From assembly GCA_965216565.1 (NCBI GenBank), contig OZ244170.1, positions 4,448,001 through 4,512,000 of the forward strand: a stretch of 64,000 nucleotides of DNA, in the 5' to 3' direction. A program made the position numbers and the translations under genes. This DNA is from Bythopirellula sp. Lineage in GTDB: Bacteria; Planctomycetota; Planctomycetia; Pirellulales; Lacipirellulaceae. Below the pieces are notes generated by a model that was not told where the DNA came from, did not search any database, and saw only the letters and a list, made by a program, of their open reading frames with translations. Shown in pieces: positions 29,355 through 40,165 of the stretch (position 1 is its first letter; each line of letters starts with the position of its first letter).

Positions 29355-32300
29355 CTAGGCAGAAGATGCACGATCCGAGGGCCAGCTAGAAGGTCCGTGC
29401 AGAATTCGGGATAAGCAGGGCACAAAATAGAGGGCGAGAATCGTAGCCCCGCCAACTCCCCCAGCAACGGTAATGGCCAGCGGAGGCCAAAAACGTCCAC
29501 CGCCCAGAATCAGTGGCGTGAAGCCAACCATGGTTGTGATCGTCGTGGCAATAATGTGACGGGTGCTGCCAACAACCACTTCGACCAGTTCCGACACATT
29601 TCCCCGCCGAGCCTCTGGATTCTCTCGAATCGCCGCGAGGACAACGATCGAATCATTAATGGCAACGCCCACCAAGCCCATCGTGCCGACAATCGCCATG
29701 AAGCCGAAGGGGTAATCGAACAGCCACAAAGCTAATGGCCCCAAAGCCGCGGCAAGTGCGCCGACGACAATTACAATCAATGCGTAGCGAAACGATCGGA
29801 ATGATATCACTAGGGTGAGGATCATCATTGCGAATAGCACCACGGCATTGGCAATGAGACTTTCGACCGCGGCAGTGCGCTCGGCATTCTCCCCTTTGAA
29901 CGTCATTTCATATCCGGGGGGAAGAGAAAAATCTGATTCTGCCAAGCGACGTTTGAAATCCGCCACCACGGTCGAGGGCAGCACGCCTGCGGTAATGTAA
30001 GCCTTCACTTCGTTAGTACGTTGGCCATTGATGCGGACAATCGCGGCGACGTTGGAACCGAGTTCCAAGCTAGCCAAGGCGGCAAGGGGAACGGTTCGCG
30101 GCGGAGGGGGGCCTGTGTTGGGAGATGCCGACGTGGGGGGATTGGTCATTGGGGGACCACCTGGCAGGTTTTGCGTGGCAATAGGTAGTTGGAGTGCGGC
30201 GAGCCGATCGATTTGGTTGGAACCGGTTTCCGCCATCTTGATCCGCACCGGGAGTTCCTCGTCGCCGTCCAAAATCTTGCCAGCAGGAGCTCCGTCGAGC
30301 ATCGTGTATAGCTGCTGGGCGACTTCCATTTCACTCAATCCGGCGCGAGCGAGCTTCTCGGAGTCGACCTGCACCACGAGCTTAGGAATCGTCTCTTCGG
30401 AGTCGCTGCGGGTGTGAATAACGCTCGAGGTTTGACTTAGCAACACGCGTAGCTCGCCTCCCAACTGCTGCAGTCGCGACAAATCGGGGCCGGCAAGGCG
30501 GATTTCAATCGGCGCATCAAAGGGGGGACCCTGCTCTAGTTGCCTGACGATAACACGGCATTGAGCGAACTCTTGGTCGAGCTGCGCCTGCATGCGCAGC
30601 ACGGTATCGCCAAAATCGGCGTCCGCGGCCAAGTCTAATATGGCTTGGGCATAGAAAGGCGTGCCACGCCGTCGGGGTACCACGTTGTAATAGAACGTTG
30701 GTGCGCTGCGGCCGACGAACCAGTGCGACCTCTCCACTTCGCTAAAGGTATCGACAGTCTGCTCAATCGATCGGACCGTTGCTAACGTTTGCTCGATCGG
30801 CTCGCGGGCAGGTAGTTCCACTTCGATTTGGATTTGGTTCCGATCCGAAGCGGGGAAAAACTGCTCGGGCAAATCTCGGGCGACGTAGAATCCCAAGGCA
30901 GGTAGCGCCATGCCTAAGAGAATTCCCAACACCGGGAAGCGAAACACAATCTGCAACGTCCAGCGGTAGATGCCTGTGAGCAGTCGGCTCGAAAAACCAT
31001 AATCCACCAAGCTACGACTTCCAGAATCAATACGTAACAAGGCCAGCAGCGCTGGCACTACCGTCATGGCGAGTAGAAAGGACGAAGCGATGGCCAGGAT
31101 GACACTCATGGCAATCGTGCCCACAAACTCGCCAGGCGGACCGGGCAGTGTGGCGATTGGCATGAAGGCGAGCGCTGTGGTCATCGAAGAACCAAACAAC
31201 GGCATCGCCAGATGACGAATGCCTAGCGAGATGGCGCGGGCTGGCGACTTACCTGCGATAATGCGGCTGCGAACGTCTTCGACCATGACAATCGCGTTAT
31301 CAATGAGCAGACCCAGAGCGACGATCAATCCGGTGATCGACATCTGGTGCAAGGGGATCTCGAGAATTCGCATACCAGCCAATACCATCAGCGAAGCTAA
31401 CGGTAACGTCACCCCCACGACCAACATGCTCCGCCAGCCCATGAGGAGCAGCACCACCGCAGTGACAGCCCCGGCCCCAAGGAGCAGATTTTTTAGCAAC
31501 AGATGGAGACGCGACTCGATGTAATCGCTTTGAGAAAAAATGATTTCCACGACGAGATCGGCACTGTATTTGTCTTGAAATCTCGAGATCGCCGAGTCTA
31601 ACGACTTAGCCCAGCGGTCGACCCGCATTTGGTTGTCGACTAGCGCCCCTAGCACGATTGCGGGCTGTCCATCGACAAGAGCCCATTCACCGGGCGGTTG
31701 CGTCAACCGCTTCTTGACTGTAGCCAGGTCCGATAGCTTCCGCGGCGCGCTGCCAGCGCCGATTTGGACAAGGGTATCTGCCAATTGCTGGCGGGTGGAA
31801 ACGTTATTCTCCACGTCGACCGACATTCCGGAACCAACTCCCTGCATTGAGCCAGCAGGCTGAGTCACATTGCTGTCAGCAACCTGACGGGCGATCGCAC
31901 CGATGGGAACTCCCAAACCGGCAAAAACGGTTGGTTCGATTTCTGCAACGAATTCTTCGCCCGGATCGCCAAAGATTGCTACCGATTCGGTGCCACGAAT
32001 GTTGCCAATGCTCAAGCGAAGCTGACCGGCAAGCTTTCGGAGAATCGAGTTGATGGGAGCTTGTGGGTTGCGAGGCTTGATCGCAATGATTGCTGCGTAG
32101 GCTTTCAACGGGAAGATTTCAAAGGCAGGCTCTCGACATCCTGCCGGCATTCTGGCTTTCGCATCTTCCACGCGGCCACGAACCAACGACCAAACTGCAT
32201 CGACGTCTTGGGCGTCGTCGGTAAGTTCCAATACGATGTTGGAGATTCCCGCTCGGCTGTTGGAACGCACCTCATCGATTTCGGTGATGCCCTGCAGTTG

Positions 32301-32504
32301 TTCTTCAAGCGGAATGGTGACCAACGATTCAACCCGTCGCGCGTCGGCACCAGGGAAGACTGTGCTAATCACCGCGACCCGTTTACCGAGAATGGGGTCT
32401 TCTAGCCGAGGGATTACGAAGAACGACGACAAGCCCGCTACCACAATCACCAGGATTATCAGCAGCAAGATGCGAGGATTTCTGTAAAGAAATTGGGCAA
32501 TCAT
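29355..32504 (-). CDS. RND efflux transporter permease (AcrB/AcrD/AcrF family)
   Basis: 1049 aa with two TM bundles; ALGLLIDNAIV, GVAINDSIV and PLAITVAGG. Confidence 0.93.
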   Translation of the reverse strand: MIAQFLYRNPRILLLIILVIVVAGLSSFFVIPRLEDPILGKRVAVISTVFPGADARRVESLVTIPLEEQLQGITEIDEVRSNSRAGISNIVLELTDDAQDVDAVWSLVRGRVEDAKARMPAGCREPAFEIFPLKAYAAIIAIKPRNPQAPINSILRKLAGQLRLSIGNIRGTESVAIFGDPGEEFVAEIEPTVFAGLGVPIGAIARQVADSNVTQPAGSMQGVGSGMSVDVENNVSTRQQLADTLVQIGAGSAPRKLSDLATVKKRLTQPPGEWALVDGQPAIVLGALVDNQMRVDRWAKSLDSAISRFQDKYSADLVVEIIFSQSDYIESRLHLLLKNLLLGAGAVTAVVLLLMGWRSMLVVGVTLPLASLMVLAGMRILEIPLHQMSITGLIVALGLLIDNAIVMVEDVRSRIIAGKSPARAISLGIRHLAMPLFGSSMTTALAFMPIATLPGPPGEFVGTIAMSVILAIASSFLLAMTVVPALLALLRIDSGSRSLVDYGFSSRLLTGIYRWTLQIVFRFPVLGILLGMALPALGFYVARDLPEQFFPASDRNQIQIEVELPAREPIEQTLATVRSIEQTVDTFSEVERSHWFVGRSAPTFYYNVVPRRRGTPFYAQAILDLAADADFGDTVLRMQAQLDQEFAQCRVIVRQLEQGPPFDAPIEIRLAGPDLSRLQQLGGELRVLLSQTSSVIHTRSDSEETIPKLVVQVDSEKLARAGLSEMEVAQQLYTMLDGAPAGKILDGDEELPVRIKMAETGSNQIDRLAALQLPIATQNLPGGPPMTNPPTSASPNTGPPPPRTVPLAALASLELGSNVAAIVRINGQRTNEVKAYITAGVLPSTVVADFKRRLAESDFSLPPGYEMTFKGENAERTAAVESLIANAVVLFAMMILTLVISFRSFRYALIVIVVGALAAALGPLALWLFDYPFGFMAIVGTMGLVGVAINDSIVVLAAIRENPEARRGNVSELVEVVVGSTRHIIATTITTMVGFTPLILGGGRFWPPLAITVAGGVGGATILALYFVPCLSRILHGPSSWPSDRASSA

Positions 32505-33616
32505 TCACTCAGCCTGGGCCCAGGTTGCTCGAATGAATAGGCCAAGGTGCTGGCAGCCACGCGCTGGCCCGGCACCACGCGATTCGATCCGTTGACGATC
32601 ACCAAGTCGCCATTCTCGAGTGATCCTTGGACCAGTGCATGATCGTCGGCAAGTTGCAGGAGTTCTAGGACGCGCCGCCTTACTAGCTGACGATCGTCGT
32701 CTTGCTCCACAACCAGGGCCGACCAAAGTCCATCGGCTTCCCGCTGAAGTGCCGAGAGTGGCAGCCAAAAACCCGTGGCATTGGAGTTGGTGCGAAACTG
32801 AGCCTCGACCGTGCTGCCAAACACCCAGTCTACATTGGGATCGGTATCGGAAATTTCAAGCGTGATTAACTGGGTGTGCGACGAAGGGGATAGCTCTGGC
32901 GATTTGCTGCTCACTGTTGCGGCGATCGCCCGATCTTGGTGTTCGACGCTGAGCAATTCGCCTACTTCAATTTGCTCCGCAACGCGCGAGGCGACTTGGA
33001 GTTCGACAATGGGAGCATCGCCCGCGACAATTTTCAAGATGGGGTTGCCACGGGGAACCTGATTGCCCACGTTGGCTTTCCGCTCAGCAATTATGCCGTC
33101 GTAAGGGGCCAAGATCGTGCGACTGTCGATCTCGCGATCGATTTCTTGCCGCTTCTGGTTGAGGGAATCGACCTCCTGTCGCAAGCGGCTGATCTCGCGC
33201 TGCACGTTGGATGATCGGTTGTTGGGATTGAGCCTTTCGAGTCGTTCCTCAGCCGAAGCGATGGCCTCGTCGAGTTCTGTTTGCTGGTCGAGTAGATCTT
33301 GCTGTTGAAGAATGGCAAGTTTTTCGTTGGCTTCAACTCGGTTTCCAACGTCCTTGAAGATCTCCGCGATCTGGCCGCCCCGTGCGAAGGCGAGATAGCT
33401 CGATCGTTTTGGTTTGACCGTCCCAAAGCAAGTATGAGTATCGAAGACTTCTTCGCTGAGCGCCACTTCAATGACATTCACAGTAAGTGGTGTAGGATTC
33501 GAGTCGACTGCCGTCTCGGAAACTCTCGCCGGATCCTGCGGGCCGATACAGCCTAAGGAGGTTGCAAGAGCGCTGGTTAACAACCCAATTGAAAGAAGTG
33601 TGCGATCGATAGCCAT
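32501..33616 (-). CDS. RND periplasmic adaptor (membrane fusion protein), probable lipoprotein
   Basis: Lipobox-like SLGC, a coiled-coil hairpin, ILAPYDGII and RVVPGQRV; 4-bp overlap with the permease gene. Confidence 0.9.
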   Translation of the reverse strand: MAIDRTLLSIGLLTSALATSLGCIGPQDPARVSETAVDSNPTPLTVNVIEVALSEEVFDTHTCFGTVKPKRSSYLAFARGGQIAEIFKDVGNRVEANEKLAILQQQDLLDQQTELDEAIASAEERLERLNPNNRSSNVQREISRLRQEVDSLNQKRQEIDREIDSRTILAPYDGIIAERKANVGNQVPRGNPILKIVAGDAPIVELQVASRVAEQIEVGELLSVEHQDRAIAATVSSKSPELSPSSHTQLITLEISDTDPNVDWVFGSTVEAQFRTNSNATGFWLPLSALQREADGLWSALVVEQDDDRQLVRRRVLELLQLADDHALVQGSLENGDLVIVNGSNRVVPGQRVAASTLAYSFEQPGPRLSE

Positions 33617-33868
33617 AACGGTGTAAGCGCGGAGTCACTGAGCGTCTAGGAATTCCACAGCAGTCCGTGCCGTTGAGATTTTGCTTACACTTAATCTACC
33701 GCTGAATGCTGCCGGATGACAATGGGCCGGATGGCAATGGTTGCCGGCAAGATCGGGCAGCACCAGAACGATTCTGGACACTGCGGAGGAATCTAACCCA
33801 GTAGCAAGAGAGACTACACCGATTGCGTGAACCTTGCGGCTGGGCGAACTGCCACTTGATTCGATCGA

Positions 33869-35374
33869 TCAAGCGATCGTCCTAAGTCGGGTGGCCTTGC
33901 GAACTCCGCCCAAGATGCCAAGGAAGGTGAGAATCAAGGTGCTCGGTTCTGGGACACGTGTGAATACGACCTCGAATATGCGGTCTGACGCACCCGATAG
34001 GGCAAACGGATCTCTGCGGACGTGCGGTGCATTCGCTACGATTCCTCCGTAGACATAACCGAGCACCGTTTGGTCAGCCAGTTCGTCCATCTTGATGACG
34101 CCATTTCCATAAGTTGCAATATTCTCAGCAAGAAAGAACTCCGCATTGGTGCCGAAACGGAGTTCGTTGTCTTCGTCATCATTTAGCTCAGGGAACAATC
34201 CCGCGTAGTGTTGTTGATAAGTTCCATTCGGATCGATCGCGATAGCGGCAAGTTGATTGGTGAAAGGAATTCGCGAATCTTCCGATACGGCGTCTGCCGA
34301 CTCGTCGTAGGACTGAATGGTGAGCCCCCCCAAGAGCAATTGGTGCATCTCCTCAGTGGATTCCGAGAACATGCCAAACTTGGACGAGTGGTATACATTC
34401 ATTCCTTGCTTGAACGTGGTGACTTCGGTTGTGTTGCCCGACCCATCAATTTCCACAGGATGCGTCCAGATACCGAAGCTCTCAGTAAACACGCCAGAGA
34501 GAACTGTGATCCCCTGCTCTGTTCCGCCAAGTCCGTTGGAGGAGACGACTGGGAATACATTCAGATCGCGTCTGCGGTAATTTGGGTTGGTGTTCGGATC
34601 GCCCGACGAATCGTAGTTCTGAATTGAGAGCGAGTTTCCGTCATCGACGATTTCGAAGTTGCGGATTTGATGGGTGTATTCCCCGTCGACTCCCGGAGAG
34701 TAGTTGACGCCATAGTCTTGTCCGAAAGTGAGGAAGCTTCTTCCGTTCATTTCGACCATGGCTCCACCGGTCACGCGCAGACGTTCGTCTTCGAGTTGGC
34801 GAATATGATCGATCGCTTGTCCGGTGTTGTTCTGAGTCCAATCGATGATTCCAGGCAGATCAATTGCAGAGAGCGTGTTAAATGTGCTATTGAGTGGATT
34901 GCCGTTGGGATCGTCGGCGGAGTATCCATAGCCACCGTTCATGTAGAGAACTTCGCCCCGCTGGTAGAACTGGTTGTTGGCAGTCGTGAGCGAATTGAGT
35001 TGGTGAGAATTCAGGCCTCCCGTGGGCCCGGTGAGATTGCGACTCCAGGACATCTTGCTAACGGGGTCGATGACCCACACTTCTTGATTCTGAAATTCCG
35101 GTGGGAAGTTCGCAAAAGGATTGGCATCGAATGCATGCAATCCGTTGGTTCTGCCGGCGAACACTACCCATTTGCCATCGTGCTGACCGGCGGCGAACGA
35201 GTGGAGCGTTGGCAGTTCCTCCACGCCGAAGTCGTACTCCTGAAGTGTGATTTTATAGGGGAGGCCGTCAGCAGCGAGTACAGGAGAAAAATCGGGTGTC
35301 TGGTTCGCGGCATGCGATTGACTGAGGAGGCTAGCCAATGTGATCCAAGTAAGTGAGTAAACCCAGCGGCTCAT
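33869..35374 (-). CDS. PEP-CTERM surface protein, beta-propeller-like body
   Basis: Signal peptide; C-terminal VPEPSTLILTFLGILGG followed by a basic tail. Confidence 0.85.
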   Translation of the reverse strand: MSRWVYSLTWITLASLLSQSHAANQTPDFSPVLAADGLPYKITLQEYDFGVEELPTLHSFAAGQHDGKWVVFAGRTNGLHAFDANPFANFPPEFQNQEVWVIDPVSKMSWSRNLTGPTGGLNSHQLNSLTTANNQFYQRGEVLYMNGGYGYSADDPNGNPLNSTFNTLSAIDLPGIIDWTQNNTGQAIDHIRQLEDERLRVTGGAMVEMNGRSFLTFGQDYGVNYSPGVDGEYTHQIRNFEIVDDGNSLSIQNYDSSGDPNTNPNYRRRDLNVFPVVSSNGLGGTEQGITVLSGVFTESFGIWTHPVEIDGSGNTTEVTTFKQGMNVYHSSKFGMFSESTEEMHQLLLGGLTIQSYDESADAVSEDSRIPFTNQLAAIAIDPNGTYQQHYAGLFPELNDDEDNELRFGTNAEFFLAENIATYGNGVIKMDELADQTVLGYVYGGIVANAPHVRRDPFALSGASDRIFEVVFTRVPEPSTLILTFLGILGGVRKATRLRTIA

Positions 35375-35572
35375 AGTTGTCGTTCTCTTTGTATGGTTTC
35401 TACGTTATTGGGAAATGCGGTAACGCTCAGCGAGAGCGGGATCGTCAATCTATCTCTGGCTATCTATCTCTGGTTGGAAACTAAAGGTCGCTTCGTCAGA
35501 CCAATGAGCGATCGCTATAGCTGAAGACAGAAATTCTTTGAGTGGAATTCAAAGATGGCCGTGGAGAAAATG

Positions 35573-35588
35573 TGTGATAAGAATCACA
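35573..35588. promoter_or_regulatory. CRP/FNR-family-like palindromic site
   Basis: TGTGA-TAAGAA-TCACA matches the TGTGA-N6-TCACA consensus, about 200 nt upstream of the PEP-CTERM gene start. Confidence 0.5.
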
Positions 35589-35864
35589 CGGTACACGGCT
35601 AGAGAATCTGCATTAGGACAGTATTGCAATGTGGTGAAGCGTAAGTCGCGAGGGGGTGCCACGGAGCTCTTATTGTAAGGACATATAAATCCCGGTGCAA
35701 ATAGACTGGGCCTAAATCTTGGAAATTGAAACTCTTCGTCGTCGCCTAGGTACGCAGATTTGCCCGAATAGAGCGTTCCAAAGTGCCAATCAAGCTGCGC
35801 TGCCGTCAGTCATCATCTATATTCAACGGCCCAAGTTGAGAAACGAGTAAAGCATCGAGCGTAG

Positions 35865-36989
35865 TCAATCCTCGAATGTAATCTTGACGAACCGAGGATA
35901 GTAGATCGTTTCGTTGTTCACAACTTCTGCAAGTGATCGCAGGTTGCAGCAATAAGTGGTGGCAAGGCCGTCGGCTATCAATTCTGGATGAGCTTTACCA
36001 GAGTAGAAGAAAATGCCAGGGGGAAGATCACCACGCGTGCGAGGATCGTAAACGTATTGCATTGCTGACCACGGACCCTCCCATCGCGAAGAATATCGTA
36101 CACCAACCTGTGCCGCTAAATAGGGAGAACACTGTACCTGCAATAGAATGTCTCGCGATTGGCAGCGGTGGACTGTGAACTCGGTTTGAGCCCGTGGCAG
36201 TGTCTCCTTCGGCAACGCTTCGAGGGTTTCGTGTGCTACCCATTGTGAGCCGTCATGCCATTCCGGATTAGTTAGGTCTCCTTCCCGTACGTCCGTCAGA
36301 TTCCATCTCATCAAATAGCCATTGTGGCCTTTAGAGACGACAGGAGAAATGGCATGCAAATAGTCTCCCTCGATGGCCATTCCGCCAGTTCCGTAAAGAA
36401 CCTTGAAGCGATATTCAGGTAGCCTCACAGGATCCATCTGCCATTTATCTGGCGAATCTTGCGGGTTCCGGACGAGGTATCCACCATTGCCCACTACTCG
36501 AAATCCCATGCCTTCGTCAGCACGCTCGATTCGCATAAGGAGAATCAAGAGCTTGTCATTCAGTACCACTCCCGAGGCAGGCCAATACCAGGTGCTATCA
36601 GCAGTTTCGAAATAGGCCTCGGGTTGCGCTTGCTTCTCGTTCCAATAGCACTTGAAAGTAGCGGTTGTGGGATTCAAGCCACGCTGGATGCCCAACGAGT
36701 TGTTGACCAACCTGGTATCTCTTCTATGACTAGCGGGTTGATTGCTGACGAAGCTATCGCCGAAGAGCCAAAGCACACGCTCGTTTCCTAAGTCGACCGA
36801 ACTGGCTCCATCTCCACCCCGCCAGCGCGCATCCCGGTGAAACAATTGGTCGGCCTCAGTCCATGGCTTAGCAACAGCCTTGGGCCAGGGTGCAAAAGGC
36901 TCGGACGCGAGACAACTCTGGAAGGCTAGAGAAAGAAAAACTATGGCCACGCCAAAACCGATGCATCGACCTCGCGGCTCGCGATTCAT
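35865..36989 (-). CDS. DUF4185/DUF5005-like secreted beta-propeller glycoside hydrolase
   Basis: Signal peptide; GGDGASSVDLG..VLWLFGDSF, WYWP, WEGPWS, YSGKAHPEL and YYPRF. Confidence 0.7.
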   Translation of the reverse strand: MNREPRGRCIGFGVAIVFLSLAFQSCLASEPFAPWPKAVAKPWTEADQLFHRDARWRGGDGASSVDLGNERVLWLFGDSFVSNQPASHRRDTRLVNNSLGIQRGLNPTTATFKCYWNEKQAQPEAYFETADSTWYWPASGVVLNDKLLILLMRIERADEGMGFRVVGNGGYLVRNPQDSPDKWQMDPVRLPEYRFKVLYGTGGMAIEGDYLHAISPVVSKGHNGYLMRWNLTDVREGDLTNPEWHDGSQWVAHETLEALPKETLPRAQTEFTVHRCQSRDILLQVQCSPYLAAQVGVRYSSRWEGPWSAMQYVYDPRTRGDLPPGIFFYSGKAHPELIADGLATTYCCNLRSLAEVVNNETIYYPRFVKITFED

Positions 36990-38665
36990 TCCGCGCCTCT
37001 ACTATGCGAAGGATTCTCCGCCGTAGTCGATAACGCTTCTTCCACATAGGAAGCCACTCTTTCTGCCCACATCTGGCCGTGCGCCTTGAGACCTTTGGGA
37101 CTGAGGTGGATCCCCTGCCCATCTAGGTCGCGGTGGTCGCCGGTGAGAACATCCGTGTCTGGTCCCAGCAGAGCAATGCCTTCGTCGCAGAGTTTCTGCT
37201 GGGCTGAGCGTACGCTTTCAAAACGAGGCTGTTCGGCGTTGTGATAAGAGGCAATCGCAACGAACCAGGGAAATTCCCAACCGGCGTTTTGCTTGGAGGC
37301 TGTGATCGTATTTTTGAGTTTTTGGAAATACTCTTCCGCTGGCATATTGACATCCGATTCCCCCTGATGCCAGAGCACCGCCCGAAACCCGCGGGGACCC
37401 AATTGATGAATGCGGGCCATCATCCAACGTTGAAACAGATCGCCGTCGGGCTGCCATTGATTGACGCTGGTGCCTCCATAGCCGGTTGTGGCTACGCCAA
37501 TTGGCACTTTGAACTTTGCATACATGGCATCGCCAAACGCAGGCCAAAAACTTCCCCCTTGCGTCCTATCGGCTACCCCAGGCTGAGGATCATCGGCTAT
37601 CTGCCAGTGGCTGCCACTGAACGAAGATACCATGCCCGAACTCTGTTGGATCTTGAATTGGCCGGAATTGGTCGAGTTCGATTGGCCCGCGCCGACGAAC
37701 ACTTCACCAATGCCGAACTGCTGAACCTTAGCTTCGGCTACGGCCTCCCCTTTGTTTAAAGCCCGGGATTCCAGGCCATGCCAGCCGCCCGCGGGTAGAT
37801 CGATCCAGGTGTGAAAGCTGCGAGTGCTCGAGATCAGCGGTATCGATTGCCATTGTTGGTGTTCTTCGCCAAGCTGCTCACCCACAAAGCGTATCTCTAC
37901 CGTGTCGGCGTCCGTACGTGTGCGACCCGATACTAGCACGCGACCCATGTCTCGGTTGCTTCTTTGAATCACCTGGAGTTCGCGTGGAGAATTTATCATC
38001 AGGGGCTCTGGATCTGGCAGGACAAAAAGTTGTAAGGCTTTGAGTATTTCTTCCTCGGTTGCTTCGCCTGGTTGGAATGTGAGAGTTCGTTCTTCGCCCG
38101 CCTTGAGCGTTGTCTGCACCACTTGGTGCGGTCCTTGCCAGGGGCCCCAGAGTTTGTCGAAACCCTCGATGCTGAGTTTGCTCTTGCCAAGAAAAAACGT
38201 GGCCTGGGTATAGTCGCCAACCAAAGCAGTTTTTTCAATGTCCTGATCTCCCACTCTAGCTGCCCCCACATATCCGTTGAACACAATGAAAAAAACAAGT
38301 TGCTGCTCTGTCTTGTTAGTGAGATGCCAGGAGCATTCCGCCTCATCAAACTGATAAGTAATAGACGCCTTATCGCCGTGTGCTTCGACGGTGTTTCCAT
38401 CGTGGCTGCTCACCTCCGGCAAGGCTAACGGCCCCTCCAAATAGAAGTAAGAACCGCGAGAGATGCCGACGCCTGGCGCAAGAAACTGCAGACCGCCTAC
38501 GGAGAAGTTCGTCAAACAGCCGTCCGGTTCCACACGGGCACTGTAGTGTGGGGTCTCGATCGAAACGGGTTGGGCCTCTGCTTCGACTGTAATTTGTGCG
38601 TGAAGAACCTTAGCCGTCGGCAAAAGAACTAGTGCACATAGAAGAGTATGCCAGAAAGTCCGCAA
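36986..38665 (-). CDS. Sialate O-acetylesterase-like (SASA/SGNH) carbohydrate esterase
   Basis: GEVFVGAGQSNS, VLWHQGESD and DGQGIHLS. The start is uncertain: the ORF-track start at 38728 overlaps the upstream gene. Confidence 0.8.
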   Translation of the reverse strand: MRTFWHTLLCALVLLPTAKVLHAQITVEAEAQPVSIETPHYSARVEPDGCLTNFSVGGLQFLAPGVGISRGSYFYLEGPLALPEVSSHDGNTVEAHGDKASITYQFDEAECSWHLTNKTEQQLVFFIVFNGYVGAARVGDQDIEKTALVGDYTQATFFLGKSKLSIEGFDKLWGPWQGPHQVVQTTLKAGEERTLTFQPGEATEEEILKALQLFVLPDPEPLMINSPRELQVIQRSNRDMGRVLVSGRTRTDADTVEIRFVGEQLGEEHQQWQSIPLISSTRSFHTWIDLPAGGWHGLESRALNKGEAVAEAKVQQFGIGEVFVGAGQSNSTNSGQFKIQQSSGMVSSFSGSHWQIADDPQPGVADRTQGGSFWPAFGDAMYAKFKVPIGVATTGYGGTSVNQWQPDGDLFQRWMMARIHQLGPRGFRAVLWHQGESDVNMPAEEYFQKLKNTITASKQNAGWEFPWFVAIASYHNAEQPRFESVRSAQQKLCDEGIALLGPDTDVLTGDHRDLDGQGIHLSPKGLKAHGQMWAERVASYVEEALSTTAENPSHSRGAE

Positions 38666-38687
38666 GACTCCGATGGGGAGATGATAG

Positions 38688-40157
38688 TTACGATAAGATG
38701 TCGTTAACAACATGAGCTTCTTCCACACCAGTTAATCGTTGATCGAGGCCTTGATAGGGGAATACGAATCGTTCGTGGTCGATGCCCATGAGATGCAGAA
38801 TTGTTGCGTTTAAATCGCGAATATGCATCGGATCCTTCACGATGTTGTAGCAATAGTCGTCGGTCTCTCCATATTCGAACCCGCGCTTGATACCGCCCCC
38901 CGCCATCCACACGGTGTAACAGCGACCGTGATGATCGCGACCATGGTTGGTTTCGGTGAGGGTCCCTTGGGAGTAGATTGTTCTGCCGAATTCCCCACCC
39001 CAGATAATAAGGGTGTCGTCGAACATGCCGCGCTGCTTCAAGTCGGCAATCAGCGCTGCAGAGGCTTGATCGGTGTCGGCTGCTTGCTGGCGTATTTCCT
39101 CCGGTAGATTGAAATGCTGGTCCCAACCGCGGTGGAATAACTGGATGAACCGCACCCCCCGTTCCGCCATGCGACGGGCAAGAAGGCAATTTGCTGCAAA
39201 CGAACCTGGCCGATGCACGTCGTCGCCATACAAGTCGAGCGTGGCTTTGCTCTCGTCGGCAAAATCAACGACCTCCGGTACAGAAGTCTGCATGCGGTAG
39301 GCCATTTCGTACTGCGAGATGCGGGTGCCTATTTCTGGATCGCGCATCTCTTTCTCGTGGATCCGATTCAAAGCGGCAATGCCATCGAGAAGACTGCGTC
39401 GACGATCCGACGATACGCCGGGGGGATTGTTCAGGAACAGAACCGGATCTTTGCCGGCGCGAAAGCGAACGCCTTGATGAGACGACGGCAAGAATCCACT
39501 TCCCCACAGCCGGGCGAAGAGTGGTTGCATGGCTTGCCTCTTGCCGCGGGAGACTAGGACGATGTAGGCAGGCAAGTCCTCCGTCTCGCACCCCAAGCCA
39601 TAGCTCAGCCAGGCCCCAAGACTTGGCTTGCCCAATTGTTGCGTGCCGGTGTTGATAAAAGTGATTGCCGGGTCGTGATTGATCGCTTCGGTATACAGCG
39701 ATTTGATGATCGTGATGTCGTCCACAATCTTGGCAGTGTGGGGCAGCAATTCGCTTACCCAAGTGCCGTGTTCTCCGAATCGCTGGAAGTCGAACATTGG
39801 TGCCACTACCGGAAACGAGGTTTGGCCACTCGTCATCCCAGTAACACGCTGCCCTTGTCTGACGGAGTCGGGGAGTTCGGTTCCGTGCAACTCGCGAATC
39901 TTGGGGTGGTAGTCGAACAGGTCCATATGCGAGGGCCCACCCGATTGGAATAGATAAATGATTCGCTTCGCCTTAGGGGCAAAGTGAGGCAAAGAATTGA
40001 GCCCAACGGGGGAATTCGACGCCCCGAACGCTTTGCTATTTCCTAATAGCGTTCCCAACGCTGCCGCCCCCAGGCATCCCGCGGTTCGCCCGAGCAGATG
40101 GCGGCGAGTCATCTTGCGAGAGATTTCTTCCAGCAGGTGGCGTTCAGACTGAGACAT
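38688..40157 (-). CDS. DUF1501 family protein (Tat-exported, alkaline phosphatase/sulfatase-like)
   Basis: TRRHLL Tat motif; [33 protein letters not shown] and GRDHH. Start at MSQSER. Confidence 0.92.
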   Translation of the reverse strand: MSQSERHLLEEISRKMTRRHLLGRTAGCLGAAALGTLLGNSKAFGASNSPVGLNSLPHFAPKAKRIIYLFQSGGPSHMDLFDYHPKIRELHGTELPDSVRQGQRVTGMTSGQTSFPVVAPMFDFQRFGEHGTWVSELLPHTAKIVDDITIIKSLYTEAINHDPAITFINTGTQQLGKPSLGAWLSYGLGCETEDLPAYIVLVSRGKRQAMQPLFARLWGSGFLPSSHQGVRFRAGKDPVLFLNNPPGVSSDRRRSLLDGIAALNRIHEKEMRDPEIGTRISQYEMAYRMQTSVPEVVDFADESKATLDLYGDDVHRPGSFAANCLLARRMAERGVRFIQLFHRGWDQHFNLPEEIRQQAADTDQASAALIADLKQRGMFDDTLIIWGGEFGRTIYSQGTLTETNHGRDHHGRCYTVWMAGGGIKRGFEYGETDDYCYNIVKDPMHIRDLNATILHLMGIDHERFVFPYQGLDQRLTGVEEAHVVNDILS

Positions 40158-40165
40158 AGCAGGAC

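Noticed and set aside
17025..33616. Numerous 60-280 aa ORFs antisense to the PKS, ligase, PAL and RND genes
   Set aside because: They are shadow ORFs expected in GC-rich coding DNA and carry no motifs.
35640..35790. Sigma-54 promoter for the PEP-CTERM gene (two GTGCCA matches)
   Set aside because: The -12 TTGC element is not at the required spacing in either case.
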